Positions 28,573 to 40,048 of a DNA stretch of 64,000 nucleotides are shown here, piece after piece. Below the pieces are notes generated by a model. That model did not search any database. It was given only the letters and a program-made list of their open reading frames with translations, and was not told the DNA's origin. The stretch lies in contig CAXXMB010000001.1 of NCBI GenBank assembly GCA_963668675.2, positions 32,001 through 96,000 on the forward strand, given 5' to 3'. Each line of letters starts with the position of its first letter. The first letter of the stretch is position 1. A program made the position numbers and the translations under genes. This DNA is from an uncultured Desulfatitalea sp. Its GTDB lineage: Bacteria > Desulfobacterota > Desulfobacteria > Desulfobacterales > Desulfosarcinaceae.

Positions 28573-30445
28573 ATGCGTCCAATTTTGCTGATTTGGTAGG
28601 TAAAAACAATGAAAAAACAGTGCCGATGGACAAGTCGCTTTGAATCTGGATTTCACCGTTATGGCGTTTGATGGTATTGAGTACCAGCGGCAGCCCCAGG
28701 CCTGAACCGGAAGATTTGGTGGTATAGAAGGGTTCAAAAATCGAATCGATTTGATCGCTGGGGATGCCTTGGCCCGTGTCTTTGATGTCGATCCGGATGT
28801 ATTGGCTTCCGACACCCTCTCCGGTATCAATTTTGTCCACCATTGCCGATACGGTGATACGGCCCGATTCGGACATCGCTTCCAGAGCGTTGATCAAAAG
28901 GTTGATCAGCGCCTCTTCTACCAATTTTTTATCTGCCTTGATTTTAGGCAGCGGAGAGTGAATATCGATTTCTATTGTGCATTCCTGTTTGTTAGCCAGT
29001 GGTTTGATAATCACTGCCACATCGTTTAAAAGCCGGTCGATATCGATTTCAGAGAAGAAGAGATCTTTGGGTTTGGTGTAGTCGAGCAAGCGGTTTATGG
29101 CGGTTTCAATGCGTGTGATTTGCCCCATGGCAACATTGAAATCTTCTGAATATTCCAATGATATTTCGATTTCGTCCTCAATCGATTCGAGGAACAGCTT
29201 AAGGGAGGTCAGCGGCGTCCGGATCTCGTGCGCCACGGCGGCCCCCAAGCGCCCCAAGGCGGCAAATTTCTGCGACCGCTCTGCGATGCGCTTGAATTGC
29301 TTAAGGGTGTGCCCCGTCTCTTTGAGTTCGGCCTCTTTGAGATTGAATTGCGTTTCGAGATTGCTTTGCCGTTCCCCGATTTTCAAGGCCATATCGGTAA
29401 ACGCGCGGCAAAGAACGCCGATTTCATCCCGACGATCCGTTTCGAAGCTGTCCAGATCGAAAGACGCATGATTCGTACTTGCAAGGGCGTGGGCCGAATG
29501 GCTCAGCGCCTGTATGGGCCTTACGACAAGATGTGAGATGACCGAGGTGAGCACTAAAGCGCTGCACCCAGCCAACAGAAGCGTCAGGTAGATCGACCTT
29601 TTCAATCTTTCCACGCTCTGAAATGCTTCATCGCGGTCCTGCTCCACAACGATGTACCAGTCTGTACCACCGACTTTTTGAAAGGTGCCCAGTACTTCGA
29701 TTCCACGGTAATCCAAATAGGTCTTCGTGTGGTCCCGATTTCCAAAGATGTTGGTAAAGCTGGCCGATTGGGAAATGTTTTCGGATAAAATGCGCCCTGG
29801 CTCTTTGTGGGCAAGAAAGGTCCCGTTGCTGTCCACCAGATAGCACTCGCCTGTTTTTCCGAGGGAGATACTTAAAATGGTGTAGATGATGCTATTGGTG
29901 CCCACCGTGCCGTAAACCATTCCCACTTGTCGATCCGTATTGAAAATCGGGGCGGCGATATTGAAGATGGACTCTTTTTCATCTGAAAGAAAAACAATAT
30001 TGGATAGAAGCGGGCCTTTGCGGTCGCTACCGTTATCCCAGCGACCTGAAACGATGGATCCATGGCTGGCCGAAGTGCTGACGATAACTTCGTTTGCAGC
30101 GGATATGACCGTCATGTTCTTGTAGACACCGTAATGCTTTTGAATTAGATCGAGATAAGGGGTGATCCGTTCGACGTCCATGGATTGGAGCATCGAAGTG
30201 CCGGCAACCACCTGCAGATCCTGTTTGCGTTCATTCAGCCACCGTTCCAGGATGACGGCTTTGTCGGCCGCGATGTTTTCGAGTTGGCGCAGGACCATGC
30301 TTTTGATCAGCCCTTCGGTGGTGTTGATGGAAAAACCCCCGATAATGACCAAAGGGATAAGGGTCAAGGCCAGAAAGAGAAACACCAGCTTAGCTCTAAG
30401 GGTGAATAGGGGGGCGGTGATCTTCAAATTGCCGGTCTCTCCCAT
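28547..30445 (-). CDS. Cache/HAMP sensor histidine kinase
   Basis: Two TM segments, HAMP (DEIG), AHEIRTPL H-box, NALEA, DTGQG, FYTTK and GLGL. Confidence 0.95.
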   Translation of the reverse strand: MGETGNLKITAPLFTLRAKLVFLFLALTLIPLVIIGGFSINTTEGLIKSMVLRQLENIAADKAVILERWLNERKQDLQVVAGTSMLQSMDVERITPYLDLIQKHYGVYKNMTVISAANEVIVSTSASHGSIVSGRWDNGSDRKGPLLSNIVFLSDEKESIFNIAAPIFNTDRQVGMVYGTVGTNSIIYTILSISLGKTGECYLVDSNGTFLAHKEPGRILSENISQSASFTNIFGNRDHTKTYLDYRGIEVLGTFQKVGGTDWYIVVEQDRDEAFQSVERLKRSIYLTLLLAGCSALVLTSVISHLVVRPIQALSHSAHALASTNHASFDLDSFETDRRDEIGVLCRAFTDMALKIGERQSNLETQFNLKEAELKETGHTLKQFKRIAERSQKFAALGRLGAAVAHEIRTPLTSLKLFLESIEDEIEISLEYSEDFNVAMGQITRIETAINRLLDYTKPKDLFFSEIDIDRLLNDVAVIIKPLANKQECTIEIDIHSPLPKIKADKKLVEEALINLLINALEAMSESGRITVSAMVDKIDTGEGVGSQYIRIDIKDTGQGIPSDQIDSIFEPFYTTKSSGSGLGLPLVLNTIKRHNGEIQIQSDLSIGTVFSLFLPTKSAKLDAYGKDINYR

Positions 30446-30449
30446 TTTT

Positions 30450-33038
30450 TTATACTCGATAGCAGACCATCTGCTGCGTTTTGACATCGGACTGAAGGGT
30501 CAAACGAGGTTCGTCCAGTAGATACACTTTGAGAACATGCTGGAAGCGCTCCTCCTTGGGGAACAAAAGGGCAAGGGCATTGGTCATCGGGTTCAGCACT
30601 TCCGGATTGAAGAGGACATCGTTTCTTTCCGGATAGATGGCCGCATAGAAGATATTGGCTTCGGTCAGATCGTGGAAAAAGTGGGTCCCGAATGAAAGAT
30701 CCGGTATCAGGTTGCCGGCCTGGTAGCTGATCTCGGCCAGCACCGCAATATGGTTTATCTCGGAGAAGGTCACCGGAACGCCCATGGCCGGTGTTTGTGT
30801 GCCCCAGCGCCCAGGGCCGAGGAGCATGGTGGTCCGTTCTTGGCGGTCGGCCACCTGCCGGTTCAGTTTGCCGATCAGGCGGGCCACACTGTATTTTTCA
30901 GGCATTGAAAGGGCGGTATAGTGGATCGGATCAACCCATATAACGGCGTCAATGGTCAATGATACATTGCCTCCCATAAAGTTCCCTTTGGTTTTGATAA
31001 AGATGTCGGCGGGAGGAATCTTTTCGGGTATGCCGACCTCGGGGCGATTGCCGATGGTTTGAAACGGACGGCACTGGAGCAGATTGATCTGGATTTCATC
31101 TTCTTGATCATAGTTGACCGTAAATTCGATTTCCACAGGGGTGGTGTAGGCCTCTTCCAGGCGTTTGAGCATGGCGGCCATGATTTCAGTAAAACGGGTT
31201 TGGGTGAAAAACGGGTCAAAGGTTATAATCCACTGGTCATGGGCCGGCCCGGACGCCCCTGTCCCGTAACTTTGGGTTTGCCTGTCTCTGACGGCAATGG
31301 CATCCAGACGGAGACCCACCTTTTTTGCAGCGAGCTCATTCAAAGAGATGGTCTGCAATTCGTTGTCTTCGAGATTGAGATAATCCACATAGTGTTGGGA
31401 GTACTTTTTCAGCTCCCACATGCCGGCGAGCGGTTTTACGACAGGATCGTCCATGGCCACGATACGGGGATAATCATTTTCGACCCGGTTGACCGCGCGT
31501 GTGCCGAGGCCCAGGACGATGCGCAGCATGCCCGCGCCCGGGTCCATATGCTCTTTCCACACATAGGGATTGTGAGACAGGCCCACGCCGGCAAGTTCGG
31601 GGAAGAAGCAGCTTTTCCGATAAGCACCGGATACCCGTTGGACCAGTATGGCCATCTGCTCGTCCTGCTGGTCCAGCCCGCGCTGCAACCGGTACACCAA
31701 GGCATCTTCGTTCATCGTGCTGGCAAATATCTGCTTGACCGCTTCTTCGAACTTTTCATAACGCTTTTCCGGCGCGGCTTGGTTGACGCAAAAAAAACTT
31801 TCATACTTACCGGCGAAAGCGCTGCCGAACGCATCCTCCAACAGGCTGCTGGAGCGCACGATGATGGGCGATTGGCCAAAATACTCGAGCATGAGCTGAA
31901 AGCGCTCCCGGATGTGTTCGGGAAAACTGCCTTGCAGAATATTGCTTTTCAATTCCGTTGCTTTGTCGAAATAACCCTCCTTGGTTTTGTGCGCCATAAA
32001 CAGCTTCCACCACCCATTTTGAACAATATAGGAGTAGAATACATCCGAACCGATATAAAAGGAGTCGTGGTGTTCGAGAATTCGGGACCACTCCCCGGCG
32101 GCATCCTGCATCAGCATTTTTCTCGCCAAGAGCATACCAAGCGCTTTGCCGCCGACAAACCCTGTGCCGATCAGCCTCTCTTTTATTTGCAGCAAATCCT
32201 CCAGGGAAAAGAATTTGCGAACCAATGCAAGGGCTTTTTTATTGCGCGTCAAGACCAGACGGCTGAGCTGTTCGACCTTGTCCTGCTTTTCCGCCGTTTC
32301 GGCTCTGGACGCTGTCAGGCGCTCGGCCTGGATGAAAAGATGATCCCAATGGTCGAGAATTCGATGCGCATGGACCGTTTTTTCGCGTGAAAGGTGGGAG
32401 AAGAGTTGAGTCGCCTCCACACTGTTGATCACCGGTACGAGCTGATCCTTCTCTTTGACATGGGGGAAAAACATCGTGGGAGAATAACGGTCTTGGATTT
32501 TGATCGGATGAACGCAAAGTTTGCGATGGTAGGTGTAGACATCGATAAGCACTTGAGTGGTTTCACGGATGCGGGCAATGGCTTTGAATGAGTGGTGGTT
32601 TCTTAAAATGGCGAAATAGGCGATGGTATTCAATTCAAAAAGATAGGGGCAGGTGACGAAGAAAAAATTGACGATCATCAGATCGGTGGCCCATTCATGG
32701 AGCAGATCGGACAAAGAGTCAAAAACGTAAAAGATTCCTTTGCCTTCCCGGGTGATAATGCCGTGCACCTCGGAAGAGAAGGTTTCGAACCCATCCGCCA
32801 CGTTCAGGGTGTAGATGTGAAGATTGGGGCGCTGCTCGAGCAGCGGACCATGGCGACCGAAACGCATATAAACCACACGTTGTTGGTTGGTAATCGCGTG
32901 GATGGTAAAATAGGAAACCAGTTTGCGGTACGCATCGATGTCATCCACTTGCCAGACCACATTGTCGCCTTTGCGCAGATGATCGATAACGCTGTCTAGA
33001 TTTTTCCAGCCCGTGCTGACGTGGGCGAAAGAGGCCAT
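30450..33038 (-). CDS. PEP/pyruvate-binding (PPDK N-terminal ATP-grasp) domain protein
   Basis: GGKALG, IVRSSSLLED...FAGKY, EQMAILVQ, GLGTRAV, EIEF, LLQCRP, GPGRWG and SFGTHFF. N-terminal KaiC/RecA-like remnant (STG..LD). Confidence 0.88.
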   Translation of the reverse strand: MASFAHVSTGWKNLDSVIDHLRKGDNVVWQVDDIDAYRKLVSYFTIHAITNQQRVVYMRFGRHGPLLEQRPNLHIYTLNVADGFETFSSEVHGIITREGKGIFYVFDSLSDLLHEWATDLMIVNFFFVTCPYLFELNTIAYFAILRNHHSFKAIARIRETTQVLIDVYTYHRKLCVHPIKIQDRYSPTMFFPHVKEKDQLVPVINSVEATQLFSHLSREKTVHAHRILDHWDHLFIQAERLTASRAETAEKQDKVEQLSRLVLTRNKKALALVRKFFSLEDLLQIKERLIGTGFVGGKALGMLLARKMLMQDAAGEWSRILEHHDSFYIGSDVFYSYIVQNGWWKLFMAHKTKEGYFDKATELKSNILQGSFPEHIRERFQLMLEYFGQSPIIVRSSSLLEDAFGSAFAGKYESFFCVNQAAPEKRYEKFEEAVKQIFASTMNEDALVYRLQRGLDQQDEQMAILVQRVSGAYRKSCFFPELAGVGLSHNPYVWKEHMDPGAGMLRIVLGLGTRAVNRVENDYPRIVAMDDPVVKPLAGMWELKKYSQHYVDYLNLEDNELQTISLNELAAKKVGLRLDAIAVRDRQTQSYGTGASGPAHDQWIITFDPFFTQTRFTEIMAAMLKRLEEAYTTPVEIEFTVNYDQEDEIQINLLQCRPFQTIGNRPEVGIPEKIPPADIFIKTKGNFMGGNVSLTIDAVIWVDPIHYTALSMPEKYSVARLIGKLNRQVADRQERTTMLLGPGRWGTQTPAMGVPVTFSEINHIAVLAEISYQAGNLIPDLSFGTHFFHDLTEANIFYAAIYPERNDVLFNPEVLNPMTNALALLFPKEERFQHVLKVYLLDEPRLTLQSDVKTQQMVCYRV

Positions 33039-33108
33039 GGCGTGGATACCGTTTCCTTTGGCCGGCCGGATGATTCGGTCAGCCCCAACGCTGCGGTATT
33101 AGGGCCGA

Positions 33109-33150
33109 CGAAAGATATGCGACCCGATTCCCCGGGCCGCATATCTTTCG
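33109..33150. terminator. Hairpin between gdhA and the PPDK-like gene
   Basis: CGAAAGATATGCGACCCG / CGGGCCGCATATCTTTCG. Confidence 0.55.
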
Positions 33151-33180
33151 ATAAACCGTATTGCCGTTTGGAATCAGCGA

Positions 33181-35105
<1,925 letters not shown>

Positions 35106-35196
35106 TGTCCCCCCTTTTGCCGACTTCGAACCGGCACGGTTGTTTTTGTGCGGTGGTGTTTGTTCGCTGCAGTGAACCACTGTTTTTTTGGGTAAC

Positions 35197-35211
35197 GCAA
35201 AAGCCATGCCG
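35197..35211 (-). promoter_or_regulatory. sigma54 -24/-12 promoter for the gdhA cluster
   Basis: Minus strand reads CGGCATGGCTTTTGC (GG-N10-GC), about 90 bp upstream of the ATG at 35105. Confidence 0.75.
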
Positions 35212-35584
35212 TGTATCAAATCAATGTCATAGCGATTTAACTAGCTGAATAAACATAAAATTATAAAATACAAAGTTTACGGTGATTGGCGGTTCGGCAA
35301 AGCATCTGGTGGAAAAGCAGCACTCCTGAAAAGAGAGGTCGCAGTATGTGGTCTGAAACGGCGGTGAATGCGATTGGTTAATTGTTGAACAGTGGTGGTG
35401 ATATTTGAACAGATGCAAAAACCCACCCGCTCTATTATGGTTGACCTGTGACGCATGAGCGGTTGCATCGGTAAGGCTTTTATGTTCATAAGAAGAGTGA
35501 CGCCATCGGAAGCTTTGGCGGGAAATTGGAGTGGTAAAAAGCCGCTAACCCAACGTTTGACAATCATAGATAGCGTAGTTGGAC

Positions 35585-37414
35585 ATGAGATCAAATAACA
35601 CCGAAAAGAGAGATAAGAGCGCTCGCCTGCAGAAGGGAGTCAAGGGTAGTGATTGCCCCAAACTGTTGGAGGTATCAACCGCTCCGAACGCGCTTGCCGA
35701 ACGCATCAAGGAACTCAATTGCCTGTATGGTATATCCAACCTGCTAGAGAATCAGGATGTTTCGCTATCGTGGATTATGCAAAGGGCTGTTGAGTTGATT
35801 CCGGCGGCTTGGCAGTATCCTGAAAATGCATGTGCGCGTATCCGATTGGACGGTCAGGAATATACCTCCAAGAATTTTAGATCGACACGCTGGCGGCAAA
35901 GCACCCAAATCACCTTGAATGACAGACATGTCGGTGATGTGGCTGTCTTTTATGTGAATCCTTCTCCAGCTGGAGATGAGGGGACGTTCCTGGAAGAAGA
36001 AGACCGCCTTTTGAAAGCCATTGGCGAACGCTTGAGCAAAGTGTTGTGGTTAAAGCGTTCCGAAGAAGCACTAAAAGAGAGTGAAGAGCGGTATAGGGTG
36101 CTTGCCGAACAGATCGCGGAAGGTGTCGCCTTGGTCCAGGATTCATGTTTTCGTTATGTGAATCCGGAGTTTTGCAAGATGTTCAACGTGCCATCCGCAG
36201 AAGAGATCTGCGATGAATCGGTGCACCGCTATAGGGCCGACCATGCGGATGTACTCGCAAGGTTTTATGGCCCGGAGGAGATTGAAATCCCAGAGTCCAA
36301 GATCGAGCAGATTCACTCTCTGACACGATCCGGAAAGATATTTTGGGTGCAGGCAAGCCACAACCCGATTAAGTTCAAAGGGCGCCCAGCCTTGCTGTCA
36401 ACCTTCAAGGATGTAACCGATATAAAAGAGCAGCAACTGAGGGCCCAGCGCATGGCGAACCAATTGGATAACGAAAACAGAGTGTTGCGGTCATCGTTAA
36501 AAGAGCGGTATAGACTGGGGGACATCCTTGGCCGTTCAGCGGCTATGCAGGCGGTCTATGAACTGATCCTCAAAGCCGCTGCAACAGATGCAAGTGTCGC
36601 GGTGTTCGGAGAGTCCGGTTCGGGTAAGGAGCTTGTCGCCCACGCCATACACCATCATAGTGACAGAAAAGGGGAGCGGTTTGTGGCGGTGAACTGCGGC
36701 GCAATTCAAGAGTCTCTGTTCGAAAGAGAGTTTTTCGGACATCGCAAAGGGTCCTTTACCAACGCCCATGCCGATGCACCAGGCTACCTGGACATGGCCG
36801 ACGGCGGGACGTTGTTTCTCGATGAAGTCGGTGAACTGACCATTAACATGCAGGCCAAATTGCTCAGGGCCATCGAGGGTGGCGGATATCGGCCGGTCGG
36901 CGGTACGGAAACCCTATCGTCAGATTTTCGAATTATTTCAGCATCAAATGTGGATTTACGCAATAAGGTGACCAGCGGTCGCATGCGCAATGATTTCTTC
37001 TACCGTATTCAGGTAATACAAATCCAGTTGCCGCCACTGCGTGAACGCAGACAGGACATTCCCTTATTGGTAGAGCATTTTTTGCGCAAGATGAAGGCTC
37101 ATTCCAGCATTTCCAGTGTTCCCGGCCGTATAATGGACATTCTTGTAGAATATGACTGGCCGGGAAACGTGCGCGAATTGCGTAACGTACTCCAGCGCTA
37201 CGTCACCTTGGGCCACCTTGAATTCTTCTCTCCGGGCTCGGAGTCGACCCGTGTGTCGGTCACGGCGAGTGTCAATCTGCGCAACGCCATCACGGAATTG
37301 GAAAAATCCTTTATCAAAAGAGCCATAGATCAAGCGGGTGGCAACAAAACCAAAGCAGCCAATCTACTGGGCATTTCCCGGCGTGCTCTCTTCCGAAAGA
37401 TGTCCAAGTGCTGA
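35585..37414 (+). CDS. PAS-domain sigma54 enhancer-binding protein
   Basis: ERIKELNCLY N-terminus, PAS, GESGSGKE, GSFTNA (GAFTGA variant), WPGNVRELRN and HTH. Confidence 0.92.
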   Translation: MRSNNTEKRDKSARLQKGVKGSDCPKLLEVSTAPNALAERIKELNCLYGISNLLENQDVSLSWIMQRAVELIPAAWQYPENACARIRLDGQEYTSKNFRSTRWRQSTQITLNDRHVGDVAVFYVNPSPAGDEGTFLEEEDRLLKAIGERLSKVLWLKRSEEALKESEERYRVLAEQIAEGVALVQDSCFRYVNPEFCKMFNVPSAEEICDESVHRYRADHADVLARFYGPEEIEIPESKIEQIHSLTRSGKIFWVQASHNPIKFKGRPALLSTFKDVTDIKEQQLRAQRMANQLDNENRVLRSSLKERYRLGDILGRSAAMQAVYELILKAAATDASVAVFGESGSGKELVAHAIHHHSDRKGERFVAVNCGAIQESLFEREFFGHRKGSFTNAHADAPGYLDMADGGTLFLDEVGELTINMQAKLLRAIEGGGYRPVGGTETLSSDFRIISASNVDLRNKVTSGRMRNDFFYRIQVIQIQLPPLRERRQDIPLLVEHFLRKMKAHSSISSVPGRIMDILVEYDWPGNVRELRNVLQRYVTLGHLEFFSPGSESTRVSVTASVNLRNAITELEKSFIKRAIDQAGGNKTKAANLLGISRRALFRKMSKC

Positions 37415-37597
37415 GTGCCAGAAACGCCCATGACGGGCGATAACGCCCGTACATTATAAAGGCTAACATTACAGAGTCTTGACTACTTCATAGATGCTAA
37501 TACGGGCGTATTTGGCCCATACCGACCCCCCTCTTCTGTATTTAAATATTTTATATTGTATTAAGTTTCAAATAGTTATGTCTTTTTTTGCCATTGC

Positions 37598-37612
37598 TGG
37601 CATCCCTTTTGC
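37598..37612 (+). promoter_or_regulatory. sigma54 -24/-12 promoter
   Basis: TGGCATCCCTTTTGC. AT-rich IHF-like tract upstream and palindrome ACGGGCG-ATAA-CGCCCGT at 37433-37450. Confidence 0.78.
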
Positions 37613-37699
37613 TGAACCTGCTAAAAAGCAAACACGGCTCATTGAGAACACCTCAATCATATGCGGTTTGGCATAAAGAATGGATAGAGGTATGAAACT

Positions 37700-37918
37700 G
37701 TGGAACTGGCGAAAAATAAAGCTTCCGGCAAATTGTTTGTGGTGCTCGATGACACGGGCGGACCCACTTTATTGGTAATTACACCAGAGGGTAAGAAGAG
37801 AAGTCTTGAACGGCGTCTGTTTGAACTCATAGAAATGACCGATCCTGCCGAGGCCCTTTCCAAACAGAAACTAACAAAATCGCAGGTCGATCTATATTTG
37901 GAGTATTTGGATGAATAA
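37700..37918 (+). CDS. Small hypothetical protein
   Basis: 72 aa, GAGGT RBS, first gene after the sigma54 promoter. Confidence 0.6.
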   Translation: MELAKNKASGKLFVVLDDTGGPTLLVITPEGKKRSLERRLFELIEMTDPAEALSKQKLTKSQVDLYLEYLDE

Positions 37919-37997
37919 ATGCATCTTCGAAACGGATCAGGCCTGTCTCAGTATTGCTCAATTTGTTTAACCGACAATGCCGGAAAGGAAGATCAAA

Positions 37998-38432
37998 ATG
38001 AAGAACGATCCTTTTGGAAACCTTATGGATTGGGGACCGGTGATGGATACCCTAGAGGATTTGGCGAACAACGGCGATTTGGCGCAATGTCAGCCCGGTT
38101 TGGTTCGCATACTTCGGTACAAGGGGAACTGGAGGCTTCGTGAAGAAGTGCTCAAGCGCATTGGAGAGATTCAGGCCCCATCAGACGAACTGGTTGAAAA
38201 GGTGATTGCCATTTTAGACGACGACAATCTTTACTATGATGTCAGAATTATCGCCGGCAATTCGCTGGTTCAATTGTTAACCAAAACGCAAATCGACAGC
38301 AACGGCTATATACACAAAAATGCCAAAAAGATAATCGAAAAGCTAAAGAGCACGCCGCAACCGCCGTTTTTCGCAAAGGCAATAGATCGACTGCATTCAG
38401 AGCTGGTTGATCCAACTATGTTAGAAAATTAA
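37998..38432 (+). CDS. Hypothetical HEAT-repeat-like protein
   Basis: All-helical with W-x-LRE and D-x-x-Y-x-VR-x-x-A HEAT-like repeats. Confidence 0.6.
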   Translation: MKNDPFGNLMDWGPVMDTLEDLANNGDLAQCQPGLVRILRYKGNWRLREEVLKRIGEIQAPSDELVEKVIAILDDDNLYYDVRIIAGNSLVQLLTKTQIDSNGYIHKNAKKIIEKLKSTPQPPFFAKAIDRLHSELVDPTMLEN

Positions 38433-38543
38433 AGGGGATCACATCATGGCATCGTATTTTAAATCTCCATACACCGAATCCGTAATTGTTTGCACGTGAA
38501 TCAGAGAATCACGGATGGCGATTGCATAAGAAAGAGGTAAATC

Positions 38544-39704
38544 ATGCAGATTGGGATACCCAAAGAGGTTTTGCCCGAGGAGATGAGAGTGGCGGCGACG
38601 CCGGAGACGGTTGGAAAATATATCGATATGGGCTTTGATGTGGTCGTCGAGGCATCCGCCGGTGAAGGCATTTCGATATCCGATGGTCAATATGAAGATG
38701 CGGGCGCCGGAATCACTTCTGACCCGGAGCTACTTTTTTCTGAATCCGATATCGTTTTGAAAGTAAAGCAACCGGTATTTAATGAAAAGGCAGAGAAGCA
38801 CGAAGTCAACATGCTGCGTGACGGCAGTGTTCTGATTACGTTTTTGCACCCGGCTGCTCCTGAGAACCATGACATGATCAAGCGACTGCGGGACAAAAAC
38901 ATCACCGCCTTTACGATGGACGGGATTCCACGTATCTCTCGCGCCCAGAGAATGGACGCCCTATCTTCAATGAGCGCCGTCACCGGGTACAAAGCCGTAA
39001 TTATGGCTGCCAACCAATTGCCAAAGTTCATTCCAATGATCGGGACAGCCATCGGTACGATCCAGCCCGCGCGGTTTTTTGTCATTGGCGTCGGCGTTGT
39101 TGGCTTGCAGGCCATCGCTACCGCCAAGCGACTTGGCGGCGTTGTCACATCGCTGGATATCAGAAAAAGTGCATGCACCGAAGCAGATAGCTTGGGCGCC
39201 AAAGTGGTTGATTTCGACATTCCACAAGAACTGGCGGTGGGCAATGGGGGGTACGCGAAGCCCCTTGAAAAAGAGTGGCTGGAGATAGAGCGACAGGTCA
39301 TACGTTCTCATATGGAGGATGCGGATGTGGTCATTCTCAGCGCTCTGGTGCCTGGAGAGATTGCGCCGGTTCTGGTCACCGAACAGATGGTCGCAACAAT
39401 GAAGCCGGGGGCTGTCATCATGGATATTTCCGTCGATCAGGGCGGCAATTGTGAAGTCACCGAACCGGGGCGCTTCGGCAAAAAAATGGGTGTTCATATT
39501 TGCGGAATACAAAATATTCCCGGAAGAATGGCCGTACACGCGAGTTGGCTCTATGCGAACAACATGCTCTACTATGTCGAAAATCTTTTCAAAAAGGGTA
39601 ACAAAAAGCTCGATCTGGAAGACGAAATTGTCACCGCATCACTTGTCACGCATCAATCGACCATCCATCATAAGGGCACTCTAAAGGCAATGCAGAACGG
39701 TTGA
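38544..39704 (+). CDS. pntA: NAD(P) transhydrogenase alpha subunit part 1 (domain I)
   Basis: IGIPKE...RVAATP, RISRAQ-x-MDALSS, GVGVVGL, GGYAK and DQGGNCE. Confidence 0.95.
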   Translation: MQIGIPKEVLPEEMRVAATPETVGKYIDMGFDVVVEASAGEGISISDGQYEDAGAGITSDPELLFSESDIVLKVKQPVFNEKAEKHEVNMLRDGSVLITFLHPAAPENHDMIKRLRDKNITAFTMDGIPRISRAQRMDALSSMSAVTGYKAVIMAANQLPKFIPMIGTAIGTIQPARFFVIGVGVVGLQAIATAKRLGGVVTSLDIRKSACTEADSLGAKVVDFDIPQELAVGNGGYAKPLEKEWLEIERQVIRSHMEDADVVILSALVPGEIAPVLVTEQMVATMKPGAVIMDISVDQGGNCEVTEPGRFGKKMGVHICGIQNIPGRMAVHASWLYANNMLYYVENLFKKGNKKLDLEDEIVTASLVTHQSTIHHKGTLKAMQNG

Positions 39705-39730
39705 CCTATTCATCGGCGAAAGGCTTACCC

Positions 39731-40030
39731 ATGACGAATCTGACTATAATGATGGGTGTGTTTATGGCTTCTTTTGTCATTGGTTACCTGCTCATTTCCA
39801 GGGTACCGACGCTTTTACACACACCTTTGATGTCGATGACCAATGCGATCTCCGCTGTGACATTACTCGGGGCTTTGGTTCTGTTTTCACAACCGACCAA
39901 CACCCCGGTAAAAATATTGGGTTCGTTGGCCATTGTCGCCGCGACTTTCAATGTGGTTGGCGGATTTGTCATTACGGACAGAATGCTGCGCCTGTTCAAG
40001 GGCAAAAATTCCGATTCGAACGACAGATAG
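39731..40030 (+). CDS. NAD(P) transhydrogenase alpha subunit part 2 (membrane)
   Basis: LHTPLMSMTNAIS and NVVGGFVITDRML. Confidence 0.95.
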   Translation: MTNLTIMMGVFMASFVIGYLLISRVPTLLHTPLMSMTNAISAVTLLGALVLFSQPTNTPVKILGSLAIVAATFNVVGGFVITDRMLRLFKGKNSDSNDR

Positions 40031-40048
40031 AAGGAAATAGATACTCCG

